NCBI GenBank assembly: GCA_913065005.1
Contig: CAJYAJ010000003.1
Location: 5,616-69,615 of the forward strand
Reading direction: 5' to 3'
Length of the DNA stretch: 64,000 bases
Source of the DNA: an uncultured Verrucomicrobiota bacterium
GTDB lineage: Bacteria > Verrucomicrobiota > Kiritimatiellia > Kiritimatiellales > Pontiellaceae
The notes under the pieces: generated by a model
What the model saw: only the letters and a program-made list of their open reading frames with translations
What the model was told of the DNA's origin: nothing
Databases searched by the model: none
Translations under genes and position numbers: made by a program
Shown here: positions 38,277 through 49,848 of the stretch, in pieces
Numbering within the stretch: the first letter of the stretch is position 1
How the letters are laid out: each line of letters opens with the position of its first letter

Positions 38277-39674
38277 ATGCGAATAAATCAATGTATTATC
38301 ATGATAAGCTTTTTGCTATGCAGCGGCTGTGCGCTCCTAAAACCCACCATCCCGCTCGATACCATCTCCCTGCCCGCCACATACTCCACACCAACCATGG
38401 CCGAAAGCACTGTGGTTGAAGAAGCCTGGTGGCTCACATTTAACCACCCAGAGCTAGACGAATTGATCCATCAGGCACTGGCCCATAATCCCTCTCTTGA
38501 ACAAGTATGGGCACGACTTACACAAGCCGATGCAACGGCAAAACGACTGGGTGCCGCCCGACTCCCCTCTATCAATCTAACCGGCGGGCTCACCCGCACC
38601 GAAGCCATCAACACGAGCGTCGACAACAACCAATGGAGTGGAGGCGCTGCTGTGCCCAGTTATGAACTCGATCTCTGGGGACGCGTGAACGCCGTTCAAG
38701 CCGCAGCCCAATTAGATGCAGAAGGTGCGCGCTTAGCCGTAGAGACTGCGGCGATGAGCCTGAGCACCGAGGTGGCAACCCGCTGGCACAGCTTAATTGC
38801 TCGCCGAATGGAACTGGCCATTCTTCGCGAGCAACTCGAAGCCAACCGCACCTCATTAGAGTTAATTGAACTTCGCTTCCGCAAATCCCTCTCAACCGGA
38901 CTCGCGGTTCTCCAACAACGACAAACGGTTGAAGCCACAGCGGCCTTAATCCCCCTCGCTGAACGAGCTGAGCGAGCCGCCGAACTCGAACTCGCCGCCC
39001 TCCTTGGCAAAACGGAACCAATCGCAATTAAAAGTACCGCCCTCTGCGATCTTCCACCTCTTCCTCCACTAGGCATCCCCGCCACATTACTCGAACAACG
39101 CCCCGATGTGCAGCGTGCACGAACGGCCCTAGATGCAGCCAGTTGGCGCGTTGCCGCCGCTCGAGCCGACCGTCTACCCGCCATTCGACTGAGCGGACGG
39201 ATCGAATCAACTGAAAGCAGCGCAGAAGAACTTTTTGATAATTGGTTAAGCACCTTAGTCGGCAGCGTGAGCGCCCCGCTGTTTGATGCCGGCGGACGCC
39301 GGGCCGCAACCGAGCGTGCACAAGCCGCTCTTCGCGAAGCCGTGGCCACCTATCGAGCCACTGTGATTCAAGCCATCAACGAAGTAGAACAAGCTCTCAA
39401 TCTAGAACAGACACAGGCGACCTATACCGCCGCATTAGCGGTCCGGCTCGAAGCGGCACAGCAAGCCTATGATGAAGCCGTCAGTCGCTATCGAAATGGA
39501 GCTATTGAATATACAACCGTCCTCTTCCAATTAAACACATTGCAGCAATTAGAACGTCTTGAAATTTCCGCCCAAGCCGATCAAATTAACTACCGCATCA
39601 ATCTCTCAAAAGCTCTCGGCGGTCACTGGATGAAACAACTCGAAGAACCAGGAGAATCACATGAAAAAAACTAA
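38277..39674 (+). CDS. Outer-membrane efflux lipoprotein (NodT/OprM family)
   Basis: Lipobox CSGC, WW..F..PEL, SYELDLWG, LLEQRPDV, KALGG.W. Confidence 0.92.
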   Translation: MRINQCIIMISFLLCSGCALLKPTIPLDTISLPATYSTPTMAESTVVEEAWWLTFNHPELDELIHQALAHNPSLEQVWARLTQADATAKRLGAARLPSINLTGGLTRTEAINTSVDNNQWSGGAAVPSYELDLWGRVNAVQAAAQLDAEGARLAVETAAMSLSTEVATRWHSLIARRMELAILREQLEANRTSLELIELRFRKSLSTGLAVLQQRQTVEATAALIPLAERAERAAELELAALLGKTEPIAIKSTALCDLPPLPPLGIPATLLEQRPDVQRARTALDAASWRVAAARADRLPAIRLSGRIESTESSAEELFDNWLSTLVGSVSAPLFDAGGRRAATERAQAALREAVATYRATVIQAINEVEQALNLEQTQATYTAALAVRLEAAQQAYDEAVSRYRNGAIEYTTVLFQLNTLQQLERLEISAQADQINYRINLSKALGGHWMKQLEEPGESHEKN

Positions 39675-40827
39675 AACGATTATTCTCTGTATACTCATTT
39701 TACTCGTAGGCTTACTACTTGCTCGCATATTAATTTCAACCGCCCCCGAAGCAGAGCGTAATCAACCGCAACGACAAGCTATCTTAATTGAAACTGAATC
39801 CGTTGTGCTTAGCGATGAACACGTTATGCTAGAACTAGCCGGCATTGTAGAACCTGCCGAACAAGTGGTCTTACGCACGCCGGTTTCTGGCAAAATTGTA
39901 TCAGTTAATGAACAGTTCATTGAGGGCGGTCTGATCCCTCAAGAGGATATGATTTTACAAACCGACCCAGCCAACTATGAACTGGCCCTCAAAGTAACGG
40001 AAGCAACCTATGCAACCGCTCAATTTGAACATGAACTTGAGCTAGGTCGACAAGATATTGCTCGTCATGAGTGGGACTTGCTAAAAGCCGACGATGCGAC
40101 CGATCAAGAAAAATCACTGGCATTGCGAATCCCCCATTTAAATGCGAGTAAAGCCGCCGTTGCTGCCGCTAAAGCAAAATTGAAACGCGCCCAACTAGAC
40201 CTAAAACGAACCACGAGACGCGCCCCCTTTAATACACTCGTTCGAGAGTGCTATGTCGATCTTGGCGAACAAGTGAACCAACAAGTTCCATTAGCCTTAT
40301 TGACTTCGACAGACCGGTATCACATCGAAACCTCCGTACCCATTGATCGACTCAAATGGATTCAATTTCCCGGCAGCCCTGTAACGGTTCGCTCAACAAC
40401 TGGCACGAAATACAGAGGTGAAGTCATTAAACTGACAGGCTCCCTAGAGCCCAACGGACGCATGGCTCGAGTGATCATTTCAGTGGAAGACCCCCTTGGC
40501 CAAAAAACGCCCAATGAAAAACCCCTCCTTTTAGGCGAATATGTCGAAGTCATTATTCAAGGTGAATCACTCAAAGACGTAACCCGTATTCCCCGCAAAT
40601 CCTTACGTGAAAACAATAAAGTTTGGCTCGATCAAGACGGCACTCTCGCCATTCAACCTGTGGAAGTCGTATTCCGCGAAAGTGATTCCATTCTTGTTCG
40701 CGGACTTCCAGCTGCATCGAATTTGATTATCTCGGATATCGCCGCTCCAGTTCCCGGACGCCCCGTCAACAACAGCAACAAAACAGACGACCGCCCCCTC
40801 AAAACGGAAGCCATGAATGAACGTTGA
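39661..40827 (+). CDS. RND periplasmic adaptor (MFP)
   Basis: N-terminal anchor, lipoyl half-motifs VSGKIV and RAPFN, coiled hairpin, LLLGEYVEV. Confidence 0.9.
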   Translation: MKKTKTIILCILILLVGLLLARILISTAPEAERNQPQRQAILIETESVVLSDEHVMLELAGIVEPAEQVVLRTPVSGKIVSVNEQFIEGGLIPQEDMILQTDPANYELALKVTEATYATAQFEHELELGRQDIARHEWDLLKADDATDQEKSLALRIPHLNASKAAVAAAKAKLKRAQLDLKRTTRRAPFNTLVRECYVDLGEQVNQQVPLALLTSTDRYHIETSVPIDRLKWIQFPGSPVTVRSTTGTKYRGEVIKLTGSLEPNGRMARVIISVEDPLGQKTPNEKPLLLGEYVEVIIQGESLKDVTRIPRKSLRENNKVWLDQDGTLAIQPVEVVFRESDSILVRGLPAASNLIISDIAAPVPGRPVNNSNKTDDRPLKTEAMNER

Positions 40828-43800
40828 AGAACGCAAAGGCCCTATCGCCTGGATGGCCTCTAATCCAGTCGCCGCGAATATCCTGATGATCATTTTGATC
40901 ATCGGCGGCATCTTTGCTGCCACCCGCGTCCAACAAGAATTTCTTCCCAATGCAGAACTAGACGAAGTCTATGTTACCGTTGTCTATCCTGGCGCCAGTC
41001 CGGACGAAGTCGAGCAAGGCATTCTCCTAGCAATTGAAGAAGCAGTTCGCGGATTGAACGGCGTAAAACGCGTGATTTCTTATGCGAACGAAAACAGCGG
41101 AACCGTCCGAACAGAAGTATTAGAAAAATCAGACGTCAACCGTGTTGCAGATGATGTTCGCAATGCCGTCGATCGTATTCGAACCTTCCCACTCGATGCA
41201 GAAGAACCCACGATCAGCATCGTAAATCTCAAACGCCCAGTACTCGATTTAATCGTCTCAGCCGATGTCTCTCCCACCACACTCCGGGAACTAACAGAGA
41301 CGGTTCGGGACCGGCTTTTGCAACACCCCGGCATCACACAACTCGAACTAGAAAATGTTCGTGCCCATGAAATCAGCATTGAGATTAAACAACAAAAACT
41401 ACGCGAACTAGGCATGACACTTCAGCAGGTAGCCTCACTGCTTGCACAGAGCTCCGTCGAGTTGCCAGGTGGAAGCATGCGGACCGATGGCGGTGAAATT
41501 CTCGTGCGGGTCACTGATCGCCGTGAAGTAGGTCGAGAATTTGCCCGCATCCCCATTATAACCGCGGCAGATGGAACCAAGCTCTTACTCGAAGATATTG
41601 CCACCATCAAAGATGGCTTTGATGAAAGCGACAAGTTCAGCTTCTACAACGGCAAGCCCGCGGTTTCACTGACCGTCTTTCGAGTGGGACAAGAATCCCC
41701 CATCTCAATCGAAGAATCGGTCGAGGAAGTCATTGCTGAACTCCGTTGCAGCATGCCCGAAGGACTCGAATTTACCATCTGGGACAGTCGGGCTGATGCC
41801 TATCGCGGACGGATGGGCTTGCTCCTTCGCAACGGCCTACTTGGGCTCACACTGGTCTTTATTTTATTAAGTCTCTTTCTTGAAATGCGTCTCGCCTTTT
41901 GGGTCATGCTCGGGATTCCGATTTCGTTCATGGGCACCTTCATCTTCATGAGTGGCGCCGATGTGAGCCTCAACATGATTACCATGTTTGCCTTCCTAAT
42001 CTCACTCGGCATCGTAGTGGACGATGCTATTGTGGTAGGCGAAAACATTTATCATTACCATCAAGAAGGAATGCCCTTCCTGCAAGCGGCCATCAAAGGG
42101 GCTCGGCAGATCGCCCTACCCGTAACATTTAGTATTATCACCAACATCGTCGCCTTCATGCCCATGTATTTTGTGCCGGGCGTAATGGGTAAATTTTTCC
42201 GAGTCATTCCGCTGGTCGTCTGCTCTACATTTTTGATCTCACTCGTTGAATCACTCTTTATTCTACCCGCCCACTTAGGCCATCAAAGCGATCGAAAACG
42301 CACCGGCAGACTGCACGCCTTCCAAGAATCTTTTAGCGCTCGCTTCTCGTATTTTGCCAAAGAAATATATGGCCCCTTTCTCGACCGAGTTCTGCGCGCT
42401 CGTTACATCACACTCTCACTGGGAATCATGATTTTAATTATGACGTTGGGGTATGTCAAAAGCGGGCGCATGGGCTTCGAAATGTTCCCAAATGTAGAGG
42501 CAGACGTCGCACTCTGTGCATACACCCTGCCCTATGGCTCTCCCGTGGAAGATACACGTTCCATTCAAGATCAACTACTACAAGCCGGCGATGCCGCCAT
42601 TGCGAAGATCGAAGAGGAGTTTGGCCTCCCGGTCGTAAAAGGAGCTCAATCCACCATTGGCGGTCGAACGTGGGGACGGATGAATCCAGGAGGAGGCCAT
42701 GCCGGACGTATTCGCTATGAACTCTTGCCACCAAGCGACCGACCCATTTCAACCGAAGAGTTTGCTCAACGCTGGCGAGCAGAAGCACGAGGAATCAAAG
42801 GCTTGAAAAGCATTCGCTTCCGTTCGAACAGCGGAGGCCCAGGTGGAAATCAAGACGCCTTTAGCGTCGACCTCTCCCATCGCAACATGCAAGTGCTCGA
42901 AGCCGCCAGCCAAGAGTTGGCTGATGCGCTACAAGCGTATCCCATCGTACGGGATATTGATGACGGGTTTACACCCGGCAAAGAACAAATCGACTTTTCC
43001 ATTCTCCCCGCAGGCCGAAGCCTCGGACTCACATCCCGAGAAGTCGCACGGCAAGTGCGCAACTCATACTATGGCGCCGAAGCTATTCGACAACAGCGCG
43101 GCCGAAACGAAATTAAGATTAAAGTTCGCCTGCCACGCGAAGAACGAAAGAGTGAATTCAGCCTAGAAGAGCTGATCATCCGAACCCCTGCGGGCATTGA
43201 GGTGCCCTTGCGAGAGGTCGCAGAAGCCAAACGAGGGCGCGCCTATACCTCAATCGTTCGACGCGAAGGCCAACGCGTTGTCTCGGTCTCAGGTGATGTA
43301 GAGCCCGTCGACCAAACCCCTCAAATTCTCACCGCCCTTCAAGACGACTTGCTCCCCCCGATTCTACAAAAATATAACGGCCTCTCCTACTCCTTCGAAG
43401 GGCGAGAAGCCGATCGACGTGAAAGCGTCGATGGGCTGATAAAAGGCTTACTGGTTGCCCTGCTACTCATCTATGTATTATTAGCAATCCCGTTCAATAG
43501 TTATGCACAACCATTAATTATCATGGTCAGCATCCCATTTGGGATTGTCGGTGCGGTGCTCGGACATCTGTTGCTGAATTATAGTCTAAGCCTCATTAGC
43601 CTCTTTGGGGTGGTGGCGCTATCGGGTGTAGTCGTGAATGATGCACTGGTCTTCATCGATTTTGCCAACCAACGTCGCCGAGCAGGCTTGGCCCTGCATG
43701 AAGCGGTACGCAGTGCAGGTATTCAGCGCTTCCGCCCCATCATCCTGACCACCTTAACCACCTTCTTTGGATTGATGCCCATGATTGTTGAGACCTCCCG

Positions 43801-43942
43801 GCAAGCACGCTTCCTCATTCCAATGGCGATCTCACTAGGGTTCGGCATTCTCTTTGCCACCGTCATTACCCTGCTACTCATCCCCTCGCTGATGCTGATT
43901 CTAGAAGATATTGCTGCGCTCTTTAAACGCAAGCATCAATAA
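40817..43942 (+). CDS. RND efflux permease (AcrB/AcrD/AcrF family)
   Basis: 1041 aa; YPGASP.EVE, GIVVDDAIVVGEN, GVVVND, RFRPIILT. Confidence 0.95.
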   Translation: MNVEERKGPIAWMASNPVAANILMIILIIGGIFAATRVQQEFLPNAELDEVYVTVVYPGASPDEVEQGILLAIEEAVRGLNGVKRVISYANENSGTVRTEVLEKSDVNRVADDVRNAVDRIRTFPLDAEEPTISIVNLKRPVLDLIVSADVSPTTLRELTETVRDRLLQHPGITQLELENVRAHEISIEIKQQKLRELGMTLQQVASLLAQSSVELPGGSMRTDGGEILVRVTDRREVGREFARIPIITAADGTKLLLEDIATIKDGFDESDKFSFYNGKPAVSLTVFRVGQESPISIEESVEEVIAELRCSMPEGLEFTIWDSRADAYRGRMGLLLRNGLLGLTLVFILLSLFLEMRLAFWVMLGIPISFMGTFIFMSGADVSLNMITMFAFLISLGIVVDDAIVVGENIYHYHQEGMPFLQAAIKGARQIALPVTFSIITNIVAFMPMYFVPGVMGKFFRVIPLVVCSTFLISLVESLFILPAHLGHQSDRKRTGRLHAFQESFSARFSYFAKEIYGPFLDRVLRARYITLSLGIMILIMTLGYVKSGRMGFEMFPNVEADVALCAYTLPYGSPVEDTRSIQDQLLQAGDAAIAKIEEEFGLPVVKGAQSTIGGRTWGRMNPGGGHAGRIRYELLPPSDRPISTEEFAQRWRAEARGIKGLKSIRFRSNSGGPGGNQDAFSVDLSHRNMQVLEAASQELADALQAYPIVRDIDDGFTPGKEQIDFSILPAGRSLGLTSREVARQVRNSYYGAEAIRQQRGRNEIKIKVRLPREERKSEFSLEELIIRTPAGIEVPLREVAEAKRGRAYTSIVRREGQRVVSVSGDVEPVDQTPQILTALQDDLLPPILQKYNGLSYSFEGREADRRESVDGLIKGLLVALLLIYVLLAIPFNSYAQPLIIMVSIPFGIVGAVLGHLLLNYSLSLISLFGVVALSGVVVNDALVFIDFANQRRRAGLALHEAVRSAGIQRFRPIILTTLTTFFGLMPMIVETSRQARFLIPMAISLGFGILFATVITLLLIPSLMLILEDIAALFKRKHQ

Positions 43943-44573
43943 TACCGCACAACGAAATGTATGCTTGGTCGATCTGTTCATTCATAATTCGATGCGCATA
44001 TTTGGGTGCTTCCTGTATTTCACCGGTCGCATTCTTGAGCCGTTGTTGAATGACTTTCTCACTATCAGTCCCTCGCGTACGTAAGCGCTGCTCTAAGACC
44101 TCCAACGAAGGTGGTTCAATAAAGATATCCAGAAACCCGCGACGGATCAAACTGCGCTCCTCCATCTGCGCCAACGCATTTCGAATCTGGCTAACGCCCT
44201 GCACATCGATATCCAAAATAATATGTCGCCCCTCTTCCATCGCGAATTGAATGGTATCTACCAGGGTGCCATATCGATTTCCATGCACTTTCGCATGTTC
44301 CAAAAACTCGCCTCGGCGAACACGCTTCTTAAACTCGCGATCAGATAAAAAATAATAATCAACCCCATCCTGCTCCTCGCCTCGTGGAGCCCGAGTTGTG
44401 CATGAAATCGAATAATCCATCTCCGAACGTTCCGCAACAAGACGATTGCACAACGTAGTCTTACCTGTGCCCGACGGCGCAGAAACCGCGATCAATAAAG
44501 GGCGCTCCGTGCGCATAGGCAACGGCGGCGGAGTCGTTAAACCCGGATGTGTTGGAGGGGCTCCTTCTTGCAT
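43923..44573 (-). CDS. gmk: Guanylate kinase
   Basis: SAPSGTGKTT, SCTTRAPR.GE.DG.DY.F, LDIDVQG, RGTDS. Confidence 0.95.
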   Translation of the reverse strand: MQEGAPPTHPGLTTPPPLPMRTERPLLIAVSAPSGTGKTTLCNRLVAERSEMDYSISCTTRAPRGEEQDGVDYYFLSDREFKKRVRRGEFLEHAKVHGNRYGTLVDTIQFAMEEGRHIILDIDVQGVSQIRNALAQMEERSLIRRGFLDIFIEPPSLEVLEQRLRTRGTDSEKVIQQRLKNATGEIQEAPKYAHRIMNEQIDQAYISLCGIIDACV

Positions 44574-44575
44574 GC

Positions 44576-45457
44576 CTACTCCACATTCTGAATCTGTTCA
44601 CGGATACGCTCTAATTCTGTTTTGAACTGAACAACCGTTTGGGTGATGAGTGAATCCGATGCTTTTGATCCAATCGTATTAATTTCACGAAACACTTCTT
44701 GGCAAAGAAAATCGAGAGGACGACCGGCGGGTTCTTTCGAGCGTGAATGACTTCGCATCTGTTTTAGATGGCTCCGCAAACGAATCAGCTCCTCGGTAAT
44801 ATCGCTCCGGTCAGCAAACAACGCCACCTCTCGAATGATGCGCTCATCCTCCGCCCACTCCTCTAACCCCTGCTCTGCTAATCGTGCCAACAGACGCGTT
44901 CGATACGCAGCCGTCAGTTCAGGCGCCCGCGCAATCAGTTCATTTCGCATCGCTTCCAATTGGTCGATTCGATCACGTAAATCGAGCTCAAGCTCTCGTC
45001 CTTCAGCAGAACGCATCTTTTTCAAAGCACGAAGCGCTTTCTCCATTGCACGCGTGAACAACACGCCTAACTCCTCGCTTTTCGGAAGTGTTGCCTCCAC
45101 CTGTAGCACATCGGGCATTCGCGCCAATGTCTCAAGTTGGATCGGCTCGCAGCTGCCTAGCGTCTTCGAAAGACGCTCTAATGCCTCGACATAGGAAGAT
45201 GCCAAAGACGGATCCATGACCACCCGCGTGGCAGATCCTTTGATACTCTCCAACCGAACGCTACCGCTGATACGGCCGCGAGAAAAAAGATCTCGAATAA
45301 GCGTATGCATGCCTGACTCAAACGCCTGAAGGGCTCGCGGCAGAGCCACCTGAATATCAAGTTGCTTTCGATTCACCGAGCTGAGTTCAACAGCAATTCG
45401 GAAGCCACCACCCGTGGCGCTCCCTTCTCCATAACCTGTCATGCTCTTAAGCGCCAT
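44576..45457 (-). CDS. yicC: YicC/YloC-family endoribonuclease
   Basis: [39 protein letters not shown]; adjacent to gmk. Confidence 0.93.
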   Translation of the reverse strand: MALKSMTGYGEGSATGGGFRIAVELSSVNRKQLDIQVALPRALQAFESGMHTLIRDLFSRGRISGSVRLESIKGSATRVVMDPSLASSYVEALERLSKTLGSCEPIQLETLARMPDVLQVEATLPKSEELGVLFTRAMEKALRALKKMRSAEGRELELDLRDRIDQLEAMRNELIARAPELTAAYRTRLLARLAEQGLEEWAEDERIIREVALFADRSDITEELIRLRSHLKQMRSHSRSKEPAGRPLDFLCQEVFREINTIGSKASDSLITQTVVQFKTELERIREQIQNVE

Positions 45458-46658
45458 GCTCGATGCCTTGCTCCGCTTTCCATTCGGCGATCTGTTGCAC
45501 ATCCTTATCGCCTCGTCCCGAAACATTCAGAATCACGAGATCATCTTTCGTAAAGGTACCGGCTTCGCGAATCATCCAAGAGACCGCATGCGAACTTTCT
45601 AGCGCGGGAAGGACCCCTTCCCACTGCGATAACTTATCAAATCCATGCACCGCTTCTTCATCGGTTACAAACGGATATTCTGCCCGACCCAAGTCGCGGA
45701 GCAAACTATGTTCCGGACCAATCGCCGCATAGTCCATACCGGCACTGATGGAGTGAGTGAGTGCAATCTGCCCGTCCGGATCTTGCAATACATACGTCTT
45801 CGTGCCCTGTAAAATCCCCACTTGATCTTGGGCGAACCGAGCCGCATGCATATTTCCTTCCACGCCAAATCCGCCAGCTTCAACCCCGATTAGACGAACG
45901 CCTTCGTCTTTAATAAATGGATGAAAGATGCCAATGGCATTACTTCCGCCACCCACACAAGCCACGATCGCTGTCGGCAGTCGACCTTCCTGCTTTAAAA
46001 TTTGTTTACGTGCTTCCCGGCCAATCACACTCTGGAACTCTCGCACCATCAACGGATACGGATGCGATCCCAACGCCGACCCAATAATATAATGGGTGGT
46101 CCGCACATTCGTGACCCAATCCCGCATCGCCTCGTTGACCGCCTCTTTTAACGTCTCTTGCCCGACTGTTACCGGAACTACTTCTGCACCCATACTCCGC
46201 ATGCGGAATACATTCAGCGCCTGTCGCTCCATATCAATCCGCCCCATATATATGCGGCATTCAAAACCAAACATCGCACAAACCGTCGCCGTAGCAACCC
46301 CGTGCTGCCCCGCACCGGTCTCAGCAATAATGCGCTTTTTCCCCATCCGCTTCGCCAGCAGAATCTGACCCATCGCGTTATTAATCTTATGCGCTCCGGT
46401 ATGGCAAAGATCCTCTCGTTTAAGGTAAATCCGAGCGCTGCCCAGCTCCTCCGTCATCCGCTCCGCTAAACATAGGGGCGTTGGCCGCCCCACATACTCC
46501 CGCAAACAATGCCGTAGCTCCTTCTTAAACGAGGGATCTTTCTTCGCTTGTTTAAACACACGAGTGAGCTCATTTAGCGGCTCCATCAGCGTCTCCGGCA
46601 CATACATGCCGCCGTATTTTCCAAAATGACCTTTATTATCGGGCTGGGTTGCTTTCAT
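45447..46658 (-). CDS. trpB: Tryptophan synthase beta chain
   Basis: [40 protein letters not shown]; start 46658 after SD GGAG. Confidence 0.97.
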   Translation of the reverse strand: MKATQPDNKGHFGKYGGMYVPETLMEPLNELTRVFKQAKKDPSFKKELRHCLREYVGRPTPLCLAERMTEELGSARIYLKREDLCHTGAHKINNAMGQILLAKRMGKKRIIAETGAGQHGVATATVCAMFGFECRIYMGRIDMERQALNVFRMRSMGAEVVPVTVGQETLKEAVNEAMRDWVTNVRTTHYIIGSALGSHPYPLMVREFQSVIGREARKQILKQEGRLPTAIVACVGGGSNAIGIFHPFIKDEGVRLIGVEAGGFGVEGNMHAARFAQDQVGILQGTKTYVLQDPDGQIALTHSISAGMDYAAIGPEHSLLRDLGRAEYPFVTDEEAVHGFDKLSQWEGVLPALESSHAVSWMIREAGTFTKDDLVILNVSGRGDKDVQQIAEWKAEQGIEHGA

Positions 46659-46719
46659 CTCTACTCCACTCAAAACTTCAACACTTACGACTATTCGGTT
46701 GAAATTCAAGTAGATTGCA

Positions 46720-47565
46720 TCAGGAAGCCGATTGATTCAACTGACCCGTTACGCATTCAAGAGCGGTTGCGAGCGAAATCGGCTGGTGTAGACCGACCGC
46801 CTCCGCCAACAACTGCTCCGGTGAGACCCCCTTCTCTAATCGAGAACGGAGACTGACCGCATGCTGCCTCTTGCTCCATTTATTTCCCGCTTCATCGCAC
46901 AACAACGGATGATGTAGGTAGGTCGGAGCCGGTGCATCAAAAGCATGGAAAAGTTGAAGCTGACGCCCCGTGCTAGGCAGCACATCTTCGCCCCGTACCA
47001 CATGACGTATCTCTTGCTGAATATCATCACAGACACAACAAAACTGATAAGTATACTGCCCAGTCCGATCTCGGATGGCAAAATCACCACACTGTTGCGC
47101 GGGCACGTGCTCCTGCCATCCAAGCCGCTCATCCTTAAACCTCATCCGATCCGGTCCCACCCGGAACCGAACTGTATGCCCTTCCAACGGCAACTTCTTC
47201 TCTGAACACCTACCGGGGTAAAACAGTTCTGGCGCACCTGCAAGCTGCAGGTCGGCCAGCTCCCGCCGCGAACACGCGCACCCATAGACCAAGCCCGCAT
47301 CTTGCAGCATTGCTACCTGCTGGTCATAAAACGTCACATCATCCTGCTGCCGCAGCACATCACCCCGCCACGCCATTCCAAATGCCGCTAGGTCGGCAAA
47401 CAACGCTTTTTCATACGCCGGACGCGCCCGACTTCGATCATGGTCCTCAATCCGCAAGCAAACTGGCACTCCCATACGCTCGGCATAAGCATAGACCCAC
47501 AAGAGATGATAAAGATGACCCAGATGCAAATATCCAGTCATACTGGGCGCCACGCGCGTGGCCAT
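46720..47565 (-). CDS. gluQ: Glutamyl-Q tRNA(Asp) synthetase-like (GluRS catalytic domain only)
   Basis: R.APS.TG.LHLGH, LRIED.D, C.CSR, VVRGED, KWSKR; 281 aa with no anticodon domain. Confidence 0.85.
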   Translation of the reverse strand: MATRVAPSMTGYLHLGHLYHLLWVYAYAERMGVPVCLRIEDHDRSRARPAYEKALFADLAAFGMAWRGDVLRQQDDVTFYDQQVAMLQDAGLVYGCACSRRELADLQLAGAPELFYPGRCSEKKLPLEGHTVRFRVGPDRMRFKDERLGWQEHVPAQQCGDFAIRDRTGQYTYQFCCVCDDIQQEIRHVVRGEDVLPSTGRQLQLFHAFDAPAPTYLHHPLLCDEAGNKWSKRQHAVSLRSRLEKGVSPEQLLAEAVGLHQPISLATALECVTGQLNQSAS

Positions 47566-48182
47566 TAGCAGCCTCGAGCAGCACGTAGAAAGGCTTCCAC
47601 CTTAGCGAGATCTTTTTTCCCGGGCTCACCCTCGACCCCAGAGCTCACATCCACACCTGCCGGTGCCACGGTCTTCACCGCCTCCACCACATTTTCGGGC
47701 GACAACCCGCCCGCCAAAAGAATCGGCTGCTTGATTGCCTTCACCAATTGCGCTGATTTTTCCCAATCGCACAGCTCACCCGTGCCGCCCACCGTATCGG
47801 GATTATAAGAATCGAGCACATATTGATCGAAGGGGAAATAGCTCTCCGCAAAGTATAACTCTTCCGGTTTCATCGCGCTCCAAAACTCGATCCCTTGGAA
47901 AAAATCACGATCGGCCCACCAATTATCCGGAATGCGATGAACCTGAACCGTATCAAAACGACCATATTGAATGGCATGCGCCAATTCCCGCTCATTCGGG
48001 CAGACAAAAACCCCGACGCGCCGCATCCCTTCCGGCGTCTCCCACTCACCGACCTTTTCAGGCTCCACATATCGTGTCGACTTCGGCCATTGGATAAACC
48101 CCACCGCATCCGGCTGAAGCGCCGCAACCGCCTCCAGATCTTCTCCGGTGGTAATGCCACAAATTTTCGTAAAACAACTCAT
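47565..48182 (-). CDS. trpF: Phosphoribosylanthranilate isomerase
   Basis: KICGIT, GGTG, LAGGL.PENV, GVDVSSGVE..PGKKD. Confidence 0.93.
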   Translation of the reverse strand: MSCFTKICGITTGEDLEAVAALQPDAVGFIQWPKSTRYVEPEKVGEWETPEGMRRVGVFVCPNERELAHAIQYGRFDTVQVHRIPDNWWADRDFFQGIEFWSAMKPEELYFAESYFPFDQYVLDSYNPDTVGGTGELCDWEKSAQLVKAIKQPILLAGGLSPENVVEAVKTVAPAGVDVSSGVEGEPGKKDLAKVEAFLRAARGC

Positions 48183-48197
48183 CTCATTCGTTGATTC

Positions 48198-48842
48198 TTA
48201 AAGCTCGATTTCAGCAATCTCTTCCGCTACTTCTGTCGCGGCTTCCATGGCAACCGCCTTGTTTTCTTCGCTGTTATCAAAGAAGAGTGGGTTTTGGCCT
48301 TCCGCCCACACCACGTCTATTTCATTGATCCCGATAAATTCAAATCCATGCCGGATTTGACGCGTTAACGCATCACGGTCATCATCTTCCTTGTAGATGC
48401 CACCGGAAGAAACCAGCATGACAATCCGCTTGATGTTATGTAGCCCCTGAACCCCATCTTCCTTGCTGATCGAGAATGTATGCCCAGGTAATAAAATCTG
48501 ATCGATCCACGCTTTCATAATCGCAGGCACGCTGTAATTCCACATCGGCATTGTTAAAACCAACACGTCCGCCGCATTGAACTTTTCAATTTGCCCAGTT
48601 GCATAGTTCAACGACATCTCTTCGACCTTTGAAGGTTCATATCCTTCATTAAAAACCGGATACCAAGCCCGCTTGTAAAGATCGTAGCTATAGAACGGAG
48701 GCTTTTCGTCATATAGATCCACATTCACCAGCTCTACTTCAGGCTTTAACTCAATCAACTTCCCAAAAAATGCCGAAGCAATCTGCTTTGAAATCGACTC
48801 TTCCGTTGGCTTCGGATTCGCACACACATGTAAAATATTCAT
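48198..48842 (-). CDS. azoR: FMN-dependent NADH:quinone oxidoreductase/azoreductase (AzoR/AcpD family)
   Basis: PMWNYSVPA.MKAWID, SSGG.Y, F.FIGI; SD AGGAG. Confidence 0.85.
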   Translation of the reverse strand: MNILHVCANPKPTEESISKQIASAFFGKLIELKPEVELVNVDLYDEKPPFYSYDLYKRAWYPVFNEGYEPSKVEEMSLNYATGQIEKFNAADVLVLTMPMWNYSVPAIMKAWIDQILLPGHTFSISKEDGVQGLHNIKRIVMLVSSGGIYKEDDDRDALTRQIRHGFEFIGINEIDVVWAEGQNPLFFDNSEENKAVAMEAATEVAEEIAEIEL

Positions 48843-48957
48843 AATTCACTCCTAATGATGATCACTCGAAAGAAAGTTAACTACCGCTATTTAGAACGAG
48901 ATTCAACCTCATAACCGAAAAAGCTCGAATCAATCGTGCTCTTTTGATCACATTTTA

Positions 48958-48986
48958 TTGTCACACCACTCACGAGAGCATACAGT
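48958..48986 (+). promoter_or_regulatory. Putative sigma70 promoter of thyX
   Basis: TTGTCA-17 nt-TACAGT, followed by SD GAGG. Confidence 0.5.
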
Positions 48987-49017
48987 CACGCAACGTTTTG
49001 ATTAGAGAGGAAGATAG

Positions 49018-49848
49018 ATGGCACATATCACCGTTCCGGCAGGAGAAGAAATTCTTGATAAAGAGATTCAGGTTCTAGACCACGGCTTCGTTCGGCTGGT
49101 CGATTATATGGGAAGCGATGCACGCATCGTGCAAACCGCTCGCGTCTCCTATGGCGAAGGCACCAAAACCTTACGCGAAGATGCCGGCTTGATCGATTAT
49201 CTACTGCGCCACGAACACACCTCTCCTTTCGAGCACGTTGTTTTTGAGTTCCATGCCAAAATGCCTATCTTTGTGGCACGCCAGTGGATTCGTCACCGCA
49301 CCGCCCGCCTCAATGAAATATCAGGTCGCTATTCCGTTATCAAAGACGAGTTCTATGTTCCAGAGCCTCAACACATCAACTTCCAAAGCAAAGACAATAA
49401 ACAAGGGCGAGACGTAAACGATGTGCCACCTGAACTGCGCGAAAAAGTGGTGGCGCTTTTGGCGCAAGACCAAGAAACCGTCTACAAAAATTATGAAGAG
49501 ATGATTGATGATGATATCGCGCGCGAACTCGCACGGATCAACCTCCCCCTCTCCACCTACACCGAATGGTACTGGCAAATGGACCTCAAAAATATGTTCC
49601 ATTTTTTACGCCTTCGCATGGATCATCATGCGCAATGGGAGATCCAAGAATACGGGCGAGCGATGGCACAAATCGTCAAAGCGGTTTGCCCGCTGGCCTA
49701 CGATTCATTTGAACGCCACATGGTCAACGGAGCTCGATTCTCAGATCATGAACTCGCCGCGATTCGCGCCATGCTAGAGGGTCAAGAAAACCCCCTCGAA
49801 GGACGTCGACTGAAGGAATTTGAACAAAAGCTCTATCCCGCGGAATAA
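49018..49848 (+). CDS. thyX: FAD-dependent thymidylate synthase
   Basis: ThyX motif RHRTARLNEISGRY, HTSPFE, ELARINLP, HAQWEI. Confidence 0.96.
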   Translation: MAHITVPAGEEILDKEIQVLDHGFVRLVDYMGSDARIVQTARVSYGEGTKTLREDAGLIDYLLRHEHTSPFEHVVFEFHAKMPIFVARQWIRHRTARLNEISGRYSVIKDEFYVPEPQHINFQSKDNKQGRDVNDVPPELREKVVALLAQDQETVYKNYEEMIDDDIARELARINLPLSTYTEWYWQMDLKNMFHFLRLRMDHHAQWEIQEYGRAMAQIVKAVCPLAYDSFERHMVNGARFSDHELAAIRAMLEGQENPLEGRRLKEFEQKLYPAE

